Assembly: GCA_035353775.1 (NCBI GenBank)
Contig: DAOQAF010000008.1
Location: forward strand, 465-64,464
DNA length: 64,000 bases
Direction: 5' to 3'
Source: Bacteroidales bacterium
GTDB lineage: Bacteria > Bacteroidota > Bacteroidia > Bacteroidales > CAIWKO01
Part shown: piece after piece, positions 1 through 10,528 of the stretch
Position numbering within the stretch: position 1 is the stretch's first letter
Layout: each line of letters begins with the position of its first letter
Translations under genes and position numbers: made by a program
Notes under the pieces: model-generated
The model's input: the letters and a program-made list of their open reading frames with translations, nothing else
Told to the model about the DNA's origin: nothing
Databases searched by the model: none

Positions 1-59
1 CTTCCTTCATGTTATTGTAGTTTTATTAATAACTTTGCTAAAAAATAATTAATAAAAAT

Positions 60-575
60 ATGAAAAATTTCATTAAACCACTGATGTTGCTTCTAATCGT
101 CGGCGTAATAAGCACAGGAGCTTTCGCACAGAAACAAAAATACGGATATATCAACTCAGATGATCTGCTAAAAATCATGCCCGGCGCCGATACGGCAGTT
201 GCAAAATATCAGGAGTATGCCCAATCGCTGGACACTATTTTAATGACAATGCAACAGGAGTTAAACACAAAGTATGAAGCTTTCAGCGCAGAACAATCAA
301 AGATGTCCGATCTTGTAAAACAAACCAAAACCAAAGAACTCCAGGAACTACAGGACAGGATAAAATCTTTTCAGACATCAGCACAGGAAGATCTACAGAA
401 AAAACAAAATGAATTTTTACAGCCAATTATTGACAAGGCCAAAAGTGCCATAGAAAAAGTGGCAAAAGCCAATGGTTATACAATGATTATCGATTCAAGG
501 CAGGGCATCCTTTTATACGCGGCAGCGACTGAGGATATTTTACCTTTGGTCAAAAAGGAATTAGGAATTAAGTAG
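60..575 (+). CDS. OmpH/Skp-family periplasmic chaperone
   Basis: 171-aa ORF with a signal peptide ending GAFAQ. The Lys/Gln/Glu-rich coiled-coil body is typical of Bacteroidota OmpH proteins. Confidence 0.8.
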   Translation: MKNFIKPLMLLLIVGVISTGAFAQKQKYGYINSDDLLKIMPGADTAVAKYQEYAQSLDTILMTMQQELNTKYEAFSAEQSKMSDLVKQTKTKELQELQDRIKSFQTSAQEDLQKKQNEFLQPIIDKAKSAIEKVAKANGYTMIIDSRQGILLYAAATEDILPLVKKELGIK

Positions 576-1069
576 ATCTTTTCCAAATGATACAGTGATA
601 TGAAGTATGTTTGCAGCAGTAGTTTTATAATTTAAAGTTTATCAAATAATCTTTGCGGTAAGTCTATACTCTATTATCATAAAACAACAGTCTGATTGTG
701 CCATCTGTCGATCTAAAGGTGTAATATGGTTTAGATTTGGCCGCTGGGACCTACAAGCTGTTTATCATTTTTAAGCTAATACCATTTGTGTTTCTTTTTT
801 AGTCTACCTGAAAAATAAATTACAATGCCTGCCTGACGTGCAGTCATGGCAAATGCCGATGCTATCCCGCCGAAATGACGGGACAGGCCATGAAAATTAC
901 ACAATAAGGTGAAACCGATATTGGACTATTCGCCGCGGCGGATTGAATGTGCTATCGGTATAATCTGATACTGAAAAAAATCAATGTTCAACTGTCGATT
1001 AGTTTTTTTGTTTTTACATTAATTTTAATTTATATTTGTAAAAATATTTATTAATTAAATGGAAGTAAA

Positions 1070-4000
1070 ATGAAAAAAATTTTATTAGTTGCATTCAGTC
1101 TCTTGTTCGCATCATTTAGTTATGCACAGCAAGGTGTTTCCGTTAATTTTTCAGGCATTCCTGCTGATCCTTCAGCAATGCTTGACATAAGCAGTGCGTC
1201 TAGAGGACTTTTGATCCCCCGTGTTGCTTTAATTTCAATTAATGATATTACCACAATAGCAAATCCCGCGATTTCTTTGTTGGTTTTTAACACCAATGCT
1301 GCCATGATCGGTGGGGCTGTCGGTTTTTGGTATTTTAACGGAACTATCTGGGTACAAGCCTTAGGCCCACAGGGTGTCCAGGGTCCAGTTGGTCCAACCG
1401 GACCACAAGGACTTCAAGGTGTACAGGGCGCTACCGGGCCACAAGGTATTCAGGGCGCTGTTGGTGCAACCGGACCACAAGGGCTTCAAGGTGTTCAGGG
1501 CGCTACAGGGCCGCAGGGTATTCAGGGCGCTGTTGGTGCAACCGGTGCTACAGGCACAGCGGGTACTAACGGTTCTAATGGCGCAATTGGAGCTACGGGA
1601 GTTACAGGAGCTACCGGCCCAGTGGGATGTGCAACCGCCAATATCGTTCTTAAATCCAATGGCACAGCCGCCACCTGCAGTCAGATTTTCGATAATGGTG
1701 TAAGTGTTGGAATCAACACCAATACGCCAAATGCCGCAGCTAAGCTTCATATTTACCAACCCGGGGCTCAGGCAGACCTAAGGTTAATGAGTGATCAACA
1801 GGATAACGCAAACGCTGGTGGAAGGGTTTCTTTCTGGGCGGCTGGCATAGGTGGATACGAAGCTGGCTCTTACTCTTGCATAAATACAGGGTATGGTGAA
1901 TTCAGAACATCCATAAGTCAGAATTATTTTGGCAACGCACTATCAATATACAGCCTTGGCCCTCAGGCAAACCGATATTCCAACCTGACTGTCGGAACCA
2001 CGCTTTTTGTGAGCGATGTGGAGAATGGAACCGTGGTAAACAAAGTGGGTATCGGAACAATTACCCCACAAAATTCACTTGATGTGTCTAATGCAAATGG
2101 ACGCGGTGTTGCTATCGGAAGTTATGCCGGAGTTAATGCAGCTCCTTCTGGTGGACTTATCGTAAGTGGCAATGTCGGTATCGGAACAACAAGCCCTGGC
2201 GCTAAGTTGGAAGTAGCCGGACAAGTAAAAATTACAGGAGGTGCGCCTGCTGCCGGAAAAGTACTTACCTCAGATGCAGCAGGTCTTGCTTCATGGCAAA
2301 CACCTTCGGGGGGAACTGTATCAGGAAGCGGAACAACAAATTATCTTGCACGATGGATAAATGCGACTACTCTTGGTATCGGTGTCACCTATGACAACGG
2401 AACAAACGTGGGTATCGGAACAACCAACCCGAATCAAAAACTAGATATTATCGGCACAATTAGATATAACGATCCTTCATATATTAATTCGCGATATCTG
2501 GAAATATGGGCTGGTACTGCTCAACTCATCAGGGGAACAAACGATTTGTATATCCAGCCTGCAGGAGGCCTGATCCTTCAGCCCGGATATCCTACTGCAG
2601 GAGCAGGTAATATTGAGGTTAAAGATGGCGGAGCAAATGTTTATACAACTTTTCTCGGTTCAACACAACGTGTTGGTATCGGAACAGCAAGCCCTGCTCA
2701 TAAACTTCAAATATATAACGCCTCTGGTAATAGTGATGTTAAAATCGGACAGGACATGTGGAGTGCCGGACACGATAACATTCTTTATTTTGGTGATGGT
2801 TCATTTGCATATATTGGAGAAACATACGCTGACGACGCATTGACGCTGTACGGTACAGGGGGTATAAGGATTGCTCCTTACGGTAATTATGGCACTGCCG
2901 GACAGGTACTCACGTCAGACGGAACTTTGGCTTATTGGGCTAACCCACCTGCCGCTGGTATTACTGGAACTTGTGCATCCGGAGCCAATTATGTTTCCAA
3001 AATGTCAAGCGCTACAGCAATTACCTGCAGCCAGATTTTCGATAATGGTGTAAGTGTTGGGATCAACACCAATACGCCAAATGCCGCAGCCAAACTTCAT
3101 ATATACCAAGCCGGAGCCCAGGCAGACTTGCGGTTAACAAGTAGTCTAAATGATAATGTAAACGCTGGCGGAAGGGTTTCTTTCTGGGCGGCCGGTACGG
3201 GGGGATACGAAGCTGGCTCGTACTCTTGTATAAATACTGGTTATGGTGAATTCAGAACCACCATAAGTCAAAACTATTTTAGCAACGCATTAACAGTATA
3301 CAGCCTTGGCCCTCAAGCAAGCCGAAATTCCAATCTGACTATTGGGACTACGCTATTTGTAAGCGATGTGGAGAACGGAACTGTCGTAAACAAAGTGGGT
3401 ATCGGAACAACTACTCCGGCACAGAAACTTGATGTATACAGTTCAAATACTTCTTTTGCAGTTAACGGTTTTGTAACAACTGCCTCATACGGTAGTGGAG
3501 GAAATTTCACCGGATATTATTCCGGAACAGGAAATCCAAGTTATACCTATGGCGTGATGGCTTATGGAAATGGAAATGGTTATCAGGATTCATACGGCGT
3601 ATATGGTTATGCTAACGGAACTACCTCCGTGAACAGGGGCGGTTATTTTGCAAATAGTTCGGGCGGATATGCGTATGTTGGTGCCTATAACGGTGCAACT
3701 CAAAAAATATTGGGCGCCGGGGCTGTAAGTGAAATTGTCCCTACTGAAAATCATGGAAGAGTCACGTTAACCTGTCCGGAATCGCCCGAATACTGGTACC
3801 AGGATTATGGAACGGTAAAACTGGTAAACGGCAAAGCCCACGTGAACCTGGACCCGATACTTGCTGATATCATTGTTGTTAATGATGAAAACCCACTAAA
3901 AGTATTTTGTCAGGTAAACATTGTAGATGCAAATGATGTTGCCGTGGTCAATAAAACGGCTACAGGCTTTGATATCATTGAAAAAAACGGCGGCACTCAC

Positions 4001-4309
4001 AGCGGTGAAATTGATTATCAGCTTATAGCGAAACCAAAAACAAATTACGGACAGGGCCGGTTTGTTCAGGCCCCTGGTCCGGGCTTCCTGAAAGCTGAAA
4101 ACGACCCGCAGAAAGCAAAAGCCGCAAATACAGGAACTCAAAAAATATGGACGTGGCCTGCCGACTGGAATGTTTATAACTATGATCCTGCTGACTATTG
4201 CCAACCAGGGAAATTTGTTGAAGGAGGTAAATATAATGGCTATTATAAAAATGCCGACGGAAAATTAATATCGCCTGAAGAGTATAGCAAAATGAACAGT
4301 TCAAAATAG
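1070..4309 (+). CDS. Secreted collagen-triple-helix-repeat protein, tail-fibre-like, with internally duplicated ~450-aa module
   Basis: 1079-aa ORF with signal peptide [20 protein letters not shown]. It has 29 uninterrupted Gly-X-Y triplets and recurrent VGIGTxxPxxKLxV motifs. A large internal duplication is visible at both the amino-acid and nucleotide level. Confidence 0.85.
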   Translation: MKKILLVAFSLLFASFSYAQQGVSVNFSGIPADPSAMLDISSASRGLLIPRVALISINDITTIANPAISLLVFNTNAAMIGGAVGFWYFNGTIWVQALGPQGVQGPVGPTGPQGLQGVQGATGPQGIQGAVGATGPQGLQGVQGATGPQGIQGAVGATGATGTAGTNGSNGAIGATGVTGATGPVGCATANIVLKSNGTAATCSQIFDNGVSVGINTNTPNAAAKLHIYQPGAQADLRLMSDQQDNANAGGRVSFWAAGIGGYEAGSYSCINTGYGEFRTSISQNYFGNALSIYSLGPQANRYSNLTVGTTLFVSDVENGTVVNKVGIGTITPQNSLDVSNANGRGVAIGSYAGVNAAPSGGLIVSGNVGIGTTSPGAKLEVAGQVKITGGAPAAGKVLTSDAAGLASWQTPSGGTVSGSGTTNYLARWINATTLGIGVTYDNGTNVGIGTTNPNQKLDIIGTIRYNDPSYINSRYLEIWAGTAQLIRGTNDLYIQPAGGLILQPGYPTAGAGNIEVKDGGANVYTTFLGSTQRVGIGTASPAHKLQIYNASGNSDVKIGQDMWSAGHDNILYFGDGSFAYIGETYADDALTLYGTGGIRIAPYGNYGTAGQVLTSDGTLAYWANPPAAGITGTCASGANYVSKMSSATAITCSQIFDNGVSVGINTNTPNAAAKLHIYQAGAQADLRLTSSLNDNVNAGGRVSFWAAGTGGYEAGSYSCINTGYGEFRTTISQNYFSNALTVYSLGPQASRNSNLTIGTTLFVSDVENGTVVNKVGIGTTTPAQKLDVYSSNTSFAVNGFVTTASYGSGGNFTGYYSGTGNPSYTYGVMAYGNGNGYQDSYGVYGYANGTTSVNRGGYFANSSGGYAYVGAYNGATQKILGAGAVSEIVPTENHGRVTLTCPESPEYWYQDYGTVKLVNGKAHVNLDPILADIIVVNDENPLKVFCQVNIVDANDVAVVNKTATGFDIIEKNGGTHSGEIDYQLIAKPKTNYGQGRFVQAPGPGFLKAENDPQKAKAANTGTQKIWTWPADWNVYNYDPADYCQPGKFVEGGKYNGYYKNADGKLISPEEYSKMNSSK
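1364..1624 (+). repeat. Collagen-like Gly-X-Y tract (29 triplets) inside the 1079-aa ORF
   Basis: Translation reads [36 protein letters not shown]...[10 protein letters not shown] with Gly at every third residue. Confidence 0.9.
1400..1543 (+). repeat. 72-bp tandem duplication (2 units) within the collagen tract
   Basis: Unit 1400-1471 (ggaccacaaggacttcaaggtgtacagggcgctacc...) is repeated at 1472-1543 with a few substitutions. Confidence 0.85.
1673..2085 (+). repeat. Intragenic direct repeat, copy A (~413 bp)
   Basis: acctgcagtcagattttcgataatggtgtaagtgttgg... matches 3023-3435 at an in-frame offset of exactly 1350 bp. Identity is roughly 85-90% by eye. Confidence 0.85.
3023..3435 (+). repeat. 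Intragenic direct repeat, copy B (~413 bp)
   Basis: Partner of 1673-2085. It encodes [36 protein letters not shown]... a second time. Confidence 0.85.
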
Positions 4310-4345
4310 AAATTATGAGTTCCTTGCAGCAATGAGGAGTTAGGG

Positions 4346-4381
4346 AAAAAAAACAGACGGGTTAACCCGTCTGTTTTTTTT
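4346..4381. terminator. Bidirectional rho-independent terminator between the collagen-like gene and pckA
   Basis: 9-bp stem acagacggg / cccgtctgt (4353-4361 / 4366-4374) with loop ttaa. It is flanked by an A-run upstream and a T-run downstream. Confidence 0.8.
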
Positions 4382-4436
4382 ATCTTATTCACTACGCCCA
4401 TTTCATTGCAAAGAGCAAGCAAGCCAACAATAAAAA

Positions 4437-6077
4437 TTATATTTTCGGCCCTGCCCCTACCAAACGTTTTCCCTCGTCGTTGTCAGTAAAACTTATAAAG
4501 TTTTTTGCGAACTTTTCGCCAAGGCTTTTGGCAGCAGCATCCCAGTCAGCAGGATTAGCCCAGATATTTCTCGGATTGAGTATCTTGGGGTTTACACCAT
4601 TTACTGATTTCGGAATCATCAAACCAAAAATCGGTAATTCTTCGTATTCCACATTTTCAAGCGAACCATCCAGAATTCCATCGATGATGGCACGTGTTGA
4701 AGGAATATCTATCCTGCGGCCAACACCATAAGGGCCTTCTATCCAACCGGTATTTACCAGATATGCTGATGAGCCATGTTCTTTCATTTTCCTTGCAAGT
4801 TCCTGAGCATACTTTGTAGGATGCAGCAGAAGAAAAGCAGCGCCAAAACAAGAAGAAAAGGTGGGTGTGGGTTCTTTGATGCCGCGCTCAGTACCGGCTA
4901 CCTTAGCTGTATAACCACTCAAAAAATGGTACATAGTCTGGTCGTAATTGAGTTTGGCCACAGGAGGAAGCACTCCAAAGGCATCGGCGGTAAGAAAAAT
5001 AATGTTTTTGGGATGCGGGCCTTTTGAAACAGGTTTTACGATATTATTAATAAAATAAATCGGGTAAGAAACACGGGTATTTTCGGTTTTTGCATTACTG
5101 GCAAAATCAATGGCACCGGTTTTTTCATCATAAACCACATTTTCCAGAAGGGCATCTCTTTTAATTGCATTAAAGATATCGGGTTCGTTTTCTTTGCTCA
5201 GGTTGATACATTTCGCATAGCAGCCACCCTCAAAATTGAAAATACCTTCATCATCCCAGCCGTGCTCATCGTCTCCGATCAGAAAACGTTTCGGGTCAGC
5301 AGAAAGCGTGGTCTTTCCTGTTCCGGACAAACCGAAGAAAATGGCAGTACTGCCGTCTTTCCCCATATTGGCCGAGCAATGCATCGAAGCCATTCCTTTC
5401 AAAGGAAGGAAATAATTCATTACCGAGAAAAAGCCCTTTTTAATTTCTCCGCCATACCAGGTTCCGCCTATCACGGCCATACGTTCTTTCAGGTTAAAAG
5501 ACACAAACACTTCGCTGTTGAGGCCCTGCTCTTTATATTGAGGATTGGTTGCTTTACAGGCATGAAATACAACAAAATCCGGAGTAAAGTCTTTTAATTC
5601 TTCTTCCGTTGGCCTGATAAACATATTTTTTACAAAATGTGAAGCCCAGGCCACTTCCGTAATAACCCTGATCTTAATACGTGTACTGGGGTTTGCACCG
5701 CAAAAAGCATCGCTGACGAAAAGTTTTTTACCGCTGAGCTGTTTTTTTGCGATACCCTTCATATGCTCCCAGGTTTCTTCCGAAATAGGTTTGTTGTCTG
5801 AACCCTTACGTTCAGGGCTTGCCCACCAGATATTTTTTTCATTTTCTGATTCACGAACAATATATTTGTCCTTTGGTGAACGACCGGTGAAAATTCCGGT
5901 ATCAACGTTAACAGCTCCCATATTGGTAAGAAAGCCCTTTTCATAACCCTCTAACTTATCGTCTGTTTCGTGAACAAACAGATCATCGTATGACAGGTTG
6001 TGGTAAACAACAGGAACATCAGTTATTCCATAAACCGACAAATCGATGTTTTGATTTTTTGAACAACAACAATCCAT
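4437..6077 (-). CDS. pckA: Phosphoenolpyruvate carboxykinase (ATP)
   Basis: 546-aa ORF of full length for the ATP-PEPCK family, with the P-loop [11 protein letters not shown] and conserved neighbouring blocks. Confidence 0.95.
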   Translation of the reverse strand: MDCCCSKNQNIDLSVYGITDVPVVYHNLSYDDLFVHETDDKLEGYEKGFLTNMGAVNVDTGIFTGRSPKDKYIVRESENEKNIWWASPERKGSDNKPISEETWEHMKGIAKKQLSGKKLFVSDAFCGANPSTRIKIRVITEVAWASHFVKNMFIRPTEEELKDFTPDFVVFHACKATNPQYKEQGLNSEVFVSFNLKERMAVIGGTWYGGEIKKGFFSVMNYFLPLKGMASMHCSANMGKDGSTAIFFGLSGTGKTTLSADPKRFLIGDDEHGWDDEGIFNFEGGCYAKCINLSKENEPDIFNAIKRDALLENVVYDEKTGAIDFASNAKTENTRVSYPIYFINNIVKPVSKGPHPKNIIFLTADAFGVLPPVAKLNYDQTMYHFLSGYTAKVAGTERGIKEPTPTFSSCFGAAFLLLHPTKYAQELARKMKEHGSSAYLVNTGWIEGPYGVGRRIDIPSTRAIIDGILDGSLENVEYEELPIFGLMIPKSVNGVNPKILNPRNIWANPADWDAAAKSLGEKFAKNFISFTDNDEGKRLVGAGPKI

Positions 6078-6122
6078 AATATTTTTTATTTATAAAGGTT
6101 AATAAATTTAATAAATTTTGTG

Positions 6123-6130
6123 CAAACTTA
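6123..6130 (-). promoter_or_regulatory. Bacteroidota -7 promoter motif (TAAGTTTG) upstream of pckA
   Basis: The reverse complement of caaactta equals the TAnnTTTG consensus. It lies 46 nt upstream of the pckA start. Confidence 0.4.
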
Positions 6131-6287
6131 CAAATTAAAATAATGTTGAAAATGAATAATTAGCAAACAAAAAAGCTTACTTTTTCACAAATCTTTGTGA
6201 TTCCTTATTTGGCAAAGCCTATAATGAAACTCAGGAGGTTGTCTACCTCGTATTTTAGATTTAATCTAATTAACCAGAATCCTGCTA

Positions 6288-6427
6288 TCAATAATATTGT
6301 TTGTTCATCAGGTAAGATCTGACATAGTCTTCAATACCTTCTTCCAGTGAAGCAAAGCTGAGATTGTAACCGGCAGCAATTAATTTATTCATCTTGGCTT
6401 CGGTAAAAACTGGAATTTATCGCCTTT
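6288..6427 (-). pseudogene. Displaced 3'-terminal fragment of hldD (last ~41 codons plus stop)
   Basis: Same-orientation copy of 10743-10868 at an offset of 4455 bp. It reads ...FTEAKMNKLIAAGYNLSFASLEEGIEDYVRSYLMNKQYY* and is truncated upstream by an in-frame stop at 6417-6419. Confidence 0.8.
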
Positions 6428-6463
6428 AGCCATGGGTGCAATAAAAAAAAAGCCTCCAGACTG

Positions 6464-6493
6464 AAAAAAAAAGCCCCGGAAAATAATGCCGGG
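6464..6493 (-). terminator. Rho-independent terminator after the T9SS adhesin gene
   Basis: On the minus strand there is a cccgg / ccggg stem (6475-6479 / 6489-6493) followed by a T-run (plus-strand A-run 6464-6472). Confidence 0.55.
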
Positions 6494-6544
6494 ACTCTCT
6501 CAAAATAAGTCTCTTTTAAAGAAAGCCAGAGCTTATAAACACAA

Positions 6545-9190
6545 TTAGTTTTTCACTAATTTTTTTACATACATCCGGTTATTAGATTCAAATTTGAGAA
6601 AATAAACACCGCTTGAAAGCGCTTCCGTCATTATTAGGGTTCTCTCAGTTAAAACTCCTGAAAAAACCAAATCGCCCATCATATTTACTAATTCAAATTT
6701 AAACACTTCTTTAAAATTAATGTTTTGCAGTATTAGCTGGGTGTGGAAAGGATTGGGGAATACACTCACAAATTCAAATGATTCCACATTGTCATTTACA
6801 CCCACCGTGGTAATGCTAATGGTATCTGAAGGATTTGAGCTGCATCCGTTTATTTCCACCACAACATAATAATCACCGTTGCCAACAGGAGTAAAATCCT
6901 GCGATGTCGCCCCTCCTATGGCACCTGCCATGTCGTACCACTGGTTTCCCGAAACCGCATCTGAATGGAGCGTAATAGCAACCACCGAAATATTTGGTGT
7001 TGCAGGATTGGGTGTAACCGTTATTGCCATGACAGAACCCGAACCGGATCCACAGGAATTATTTCCCATCACTGTGATATCACCAGAAACAGCGGTACTA
7101 AAGTCAACAGCAATACTGTTGGTTGTGCTTGTCCCTGTCGCGCCAGTAGGCAAAGTCCACAAATATGAAGTAGCATAATCAATTGATGGCACCGTAAATA
7201 TTACCGCACCCCCATCCTGACAAACCGAAGTTTCACCGGAAATAACTCCTGCACCAACAGGCAAAGGACCCACAGTAATTGACAAGGATGAAGCGCTTCC
7301 ATCACCGCACGTATTTAATCCATAAACTAAAATTGTTCCTGATGCTGCAGAGATTCCAAAATCCAAGGTGATGCTATTGGAAACACTTGTTCCTGTTACA
7401 CCAGCCGGCAAGGTCCAGACATATGAAGTCGCATCTGCAATAGCCGGTACTGTATAAGTTACAGCATTCTGGCCCTGGCAAACGCTGGTCGGGCCTGAAA
7501 TGGCCCCGGCTGCTTCTGGCAAAGCATTTACGATGAACGGAAAACTGGATGCCAGACCACTACCACAGGAATTTGTTCCATTAACTGAAATAGTTCCTGA
7601 TGCAACAGCGATTCCAAAATCCACGGTGATGCTATTGGAAACACTTGTTCCTGTTACACCGGCCGGCAATGACCAGAAATACGAAGTCGCATCGGCAATA
7701 GCCGGAACGGTATAAGTTACATCATTCTGCCCCGGGCATACATTGCCCGCACCGGAAATTAACCCGGCACTTGCAGGAAAGGGATTTACGTTTATAGTAG
7801 CCGTTGCTGATTTTGTACACCCATTGACGGCCGTACCTGTGACCGTATATGTGGTGGTGACCGAAGGGCTCAATGTGTCACTACTGATACTGGTCCCATT
7901 GTTCCATACATAAGTGCTTGCACCTGATGCCGTAAGTATCTGGGAACTACCCTGACAAATAGTTGCAGAAGCCGGTGAAATAATCACATTGGGTTTGGCC
8001 TTAATACTTACAGACTTTGATTTTGTAACTACGCAGCCGGAATCAGAGGTAACGGTAACATAATAGGTTGTTGCAACCGTGGGTGCGATCAGCAGAGAAT
8101 CATTGATGTCTCCGTTATTCCATAAGTAAGAACTTCCGCCCGAAGCGACAAGATAAGTGCTGTCGCCGGTGCAAACGGAGGATAATCCTGTGATAACACC
8201 AACAGGCAATGGATTGACTACAACTTCAATATGCCCAATGATGCTCGAATCACACAAACTTGCACCACGGATGGCGGTGCAGTAATAGGTCCCACTTCTT
8301 CCAGCAGTGGCATTTGTGATTGTTATGGCACTACCACTAAATGAATAGTTGTTCGGGCCGGTCCAGTAATAACCGGTTGTTGACACATCATTGCTGACAG
8401 CCGATAGTGATAAGGTCTGTCCGGCACAAATAGAGGTATTTCCTGATATTACAGGCGCCGCATAATAAACCGGACAGCGCTTAAAGGTATCTGACTGCAC
8501 ACAACTCCACTGCCCTAAAGCATCAGAGAAGCGGTAGTTGAGTATGTGATAACCTTCCGTCAAATAGGCAACAGCCACACTGTCAATTAATGTAAGGTTG
8601 GACAACGGGCTTGTAACGCCGGAAATTCGTGCAGCAAATGCCGTATCTATCCAGTATTCAAAGGATACCATAATATTGCTGTCTAATCCCAGGCTTGGAG
8701 TCTTCAAAAAGTAGTCGGTCTGAACGCAGCTCCATTGCCCCATGGCATCCTGAAAACGGAAGTTCAGGACATGAAGCCCGCTACTTAGCGCGGATACATC
8801 AACGCTTTTGCTGATAATAGCATCGTCGACAGGCGAGCTAATGGTTTCGGCCGTCCTTCCGACAAAATCGGAATCAAACCAGTATTCTGAAGCAATTATG
8901 GTGTTGCTTCCGTTACCCAATGCAGCGGTCTTAAAGAAATAATCTGTTTGCACACAGCTCCATTTCCCGTTGGAATCTCTGAAGCGAGTATTCATCGAAT
9001 GCAGTCCGTTGCTCAGTGCAGCTGTATTGTATTGAAAAGTGACCGTAACATCCGTGGCCGGTGAAGCCAAATTAACCGACGTTCGGGTAGCAAAGCTACC
9101 GTCGGTCCAGTACTCATACTGGGTAACCTGTTGGGCTGGCAAACTGTATGTCAGCAAGGCCAGTCCCAGAATCATAATCCATTTTTTCAT
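6545..9190 (-). CDS. T9SS-sorted multi-domain surface protein (adhesin-like) with tandem PKD/Ig-like repeats
   Basis: The start is trimmed to MKKWIMILGLALL (signal peptide). The protein has three N-terminal ~65-aa repeats ending WSCVQTDYF, then Ig-like Cys-containing domains, then three ~86-aa near-identical PKD-like repeats. The C-terminal sorting domain reads FPNPFHTQLIL...VYFLKF. Confidence 0.85.
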   Translation of the reverse strand: MKKWIMILGLALLTYSLPAQQVTQYEYWTDGSFATRTSVNLASPATDVTVTFQYNTAALSNGLHSMNTRFRDSNGKWSCVQTDYFFKTAALGNGSNTIIASEYWFDSDFVGRTAETISSPVDDAIISKSVDVSALSSGLHVLNFRFQDAMGQWSCVQTDYFLKTPSLGLDSNIMVSFEYWIDTAFAARISGVTSPLSNLTLIDSVAVAYLTEGYHILNYRFSDALGQWSCVQSDTFKRCPVYYAAPVISGNTSICAGQTLSLSAVSNDVSTTGYYWTGPNNYSFSGSAITITNATAGRSGTYYCTAIRGASLCDSSIIGHIEVVVNPLPVGVITGLSSVCTGDSTYLVASGGSSYLWNNGDINDSLLIAPTVATTYYVTVTSDSGCVVTKSKSVSIKAKPNVIISPASATICQGSSQILTASGASTYVWNNGTSISSDTLSPSVTTTYTVTGTAVNGCTKSATATINVNPFPASAGLISGAGNVCPGQNDVTYTVPAIADATSYFWSLPAGVTGTSVSNSITVDFGIAVASGTISVNGTNSCGSGLASSFPFIVNALPEAAGAISGPTSVCQGQNAVTYTVPAIADATSYVWTLPAGVTGTSVSNSITLDFGISAASGTILVYGLNTCGDGSASSLSITVGPLPVGAGVISGETSVCQDGGAVIFTVPSIDYATSYLWTLPTGATGTSTTNSIAVDFSTAVSGDITVMGNNSCGSGSGSVMAITVTPNPATPNISVVAITLHSDAVSGNQWYDMAGAIGGATSQDFTPVGNGDYYVVVEINGCSSNPSDTISITTVGVNDNVESFEFVSVFPNPFHTQLILQNINFKEVFKFELVNMMGDLVFSGVLTERTLIMTEALSSGVYFLKFESNNRMYVKKLVKN
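7001..7774 (-). repeat. Three tandem ~260-bp coding repeats (PKD-like domains)
   Basis: For example, 7330-7460 versus 7590-7720 are nearly identical (gattccaaaatcca.ggtgatgctattggaaacacttgttcctgttacacc.gccggcaa...). Confidence 0.8.
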
Positions 9191-9213
9191 AATAACTGAA
9201 TTTAGCATGAACA

Positions 9214-10254
9214 TCAATTACTCTGAGCTTTAACTTTATACATAACATCAATCTGCCCGTTCGGGTTGTTGCGGGTATCCACGCTTTTTGTATATACATT
9301 AGGAGAAGCCGGGATGCTGTTTTCTTTCCATGGGGTGCTGCCTCCGTAAATTCCCAGGTCCATTCCATCGGTACCCGCAGCTATGCCGAGGCAACCCGGC
9401 TGCAGGTGAAAATTATCACCAATACCATATGAAGCATCAGGAACATTTACAAAAATCAGGTTCCAATCCTGGAATTGAATGTTAGAAGTATTGAGGGTTA
9501 ACCCTACAGTTGCACCTGTTTTGAACAGACAATTAGTTATGGTATTGTTGGTTCCGGTTGTTGATGCTCCCCCATAAAAAATACTGTTACTGATAGTAAA
9601 GTTATTAGTAGCATCAGCATATACGCTAGCCCCTTGTAATCCCATACCAGTTAAAATAACAGAATTTTTTATATACCCCTGGTTAATTGAATAGAAACGA
9701 TTTCCGACAATAATTGAATTATTTATTGCTACTGATTCCGCAGTTTGTGAATAACATTCAATGTGGTTTATTACACACTCATTCATATAAATTGTGATAT
9801 TACCAACCGATGCATTTCCACCAGATGATACAGTAGTAGCATTCAGTCTGCATCGGTTAAAAATTAAATAAAAATAGCCGCTGGTATCTGCTGTAGTATG
9901 CTGGAGAGTCAGCTGATTATCGAAATTTATCCCTTCAAAAGATGAGTAGTGGGCATAGCGGGTAAAGATCAACTGGCTGCCTGAAATTGTGGGGGCCATG
10001 CCGCTGGCCAACGTCAGCGGGTTAAAGCCATCGCCCCTGAAATGCAGTTGTTTGGAAATTGTAATATTACTGCTAAGTGTATGCAAGCCGCCCGGGATGT
10101 ACACGGTAGCCCCGTTGGGCGCTGCTGCAATGGCCGAAGGAAGATCCAAATACGCCGTAGACGTAGCGCCAAATTCGACCACAATGTTTTTCGTTTGTGC
10201 AAAACTTATCGCTGCAATGGCAACGAAAACAAGCATTAAGAGTTGTTTTTTCAT
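9214..10254 (-). CDS. Secreted right-handed parallel beta-helix repeat protein
   Basis: 346-aa ORF with signal peptide MKKQLLMLVFVAIAAISFAQ. Repeated short N/G/T/I-rich rungs (NNSIIVGN, ISNSIFYGG, ITNCLF) are typical of the pectin-lyase fold. It lies 23 nt upstream of the adhesin gene and is probably co-transcribed with it. Confidence 0.65.
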   Translation of the reverse strand: MKKQLLMLVFVAIAAISFAQTKNIVVEFGATSTAYLDLPSAIAAAPNGATVYIPGGLHTLSSNITISKQLHFRGDGFNPLTLASGMAPTISGSQLIFTRYAHYSSFEGINFDNQLTLQHTTADTSGYFYLIFNRCRLNATTVSSGGNASVGNITIYMNECVINHIECYSQTAESVAINNSIIVGNRFYSINQGYIKNSVILTGMGLQGASVYADATNNFTISNSIFYGGASTTGTNNTITNCLFKTGATVGLTLNTSNIQFQDWNLIFVNVPDASYGIGDNFHLQPGCLGIAAGTDGMDLGIYGGSTPWKENSIPASPNVYTKSVDTRNNPNGQIDVMYKVKAQSN

Positions 10255-10528
10255 GTTCTAGATTTTTTTTGTGAATAATTGAATATGTTGGTTTGTTATT
10301 AAAAATTTCGAAAATAAATAACAGGCTGTTATTAACAAATAATGTCACATAAATAATTTTTTTAAACTGTAAAAATATACAAAATATGTAATCAACAAAA
10401 AAATATTATGGCCACATGTAAAAATTCAAATTGCTCTAAAAACCCCTGAACTTTTTTAGAGATTAAGATGTAAAATAATAAGAAGTCTTTACTAATAACC
10501 TGAGCTCGAATTAAGAATATCCTGTAAT

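Noticed and set aside
1-59. Possible minus-strand gene start at the left window edge (cat at 8-10)
   Set aside because: Only three codons would be visible, so there is nothing to evaluate.
1361-1759. 132-aa minus-strand ORF and 109-aa alternative-frame plus ORF (1374-1703) inside the collagen tract
   Set aside because: Both lie entirely within the Gly-X-Y coding repeat. Periodic GGN-rich sequence keeps other frames open by composition alone. They have no start context and no recognisable protein features.
1673-3435. The two ~413-bp repeat copies as a diversity-generating retroelement template/variable repeat pair
   Set aside because: There is no reverse transcriptase anywhere in the window. 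Both copies are in frame within one gene. The substitutions I can see are of mixed types (t/c, a/g, g/a, c/t), not adenine-specific.
10317-10333. Palindrome aataacag-g-ctgttatt upstream of the beta-helix gene, sharing CTGTTA with the 58-61 kb repeats
   Set aside because: The shared word is only 6 nt, and the palindrome is short and AT-rich. The evidence is insufficient to link it to the other repeat families.
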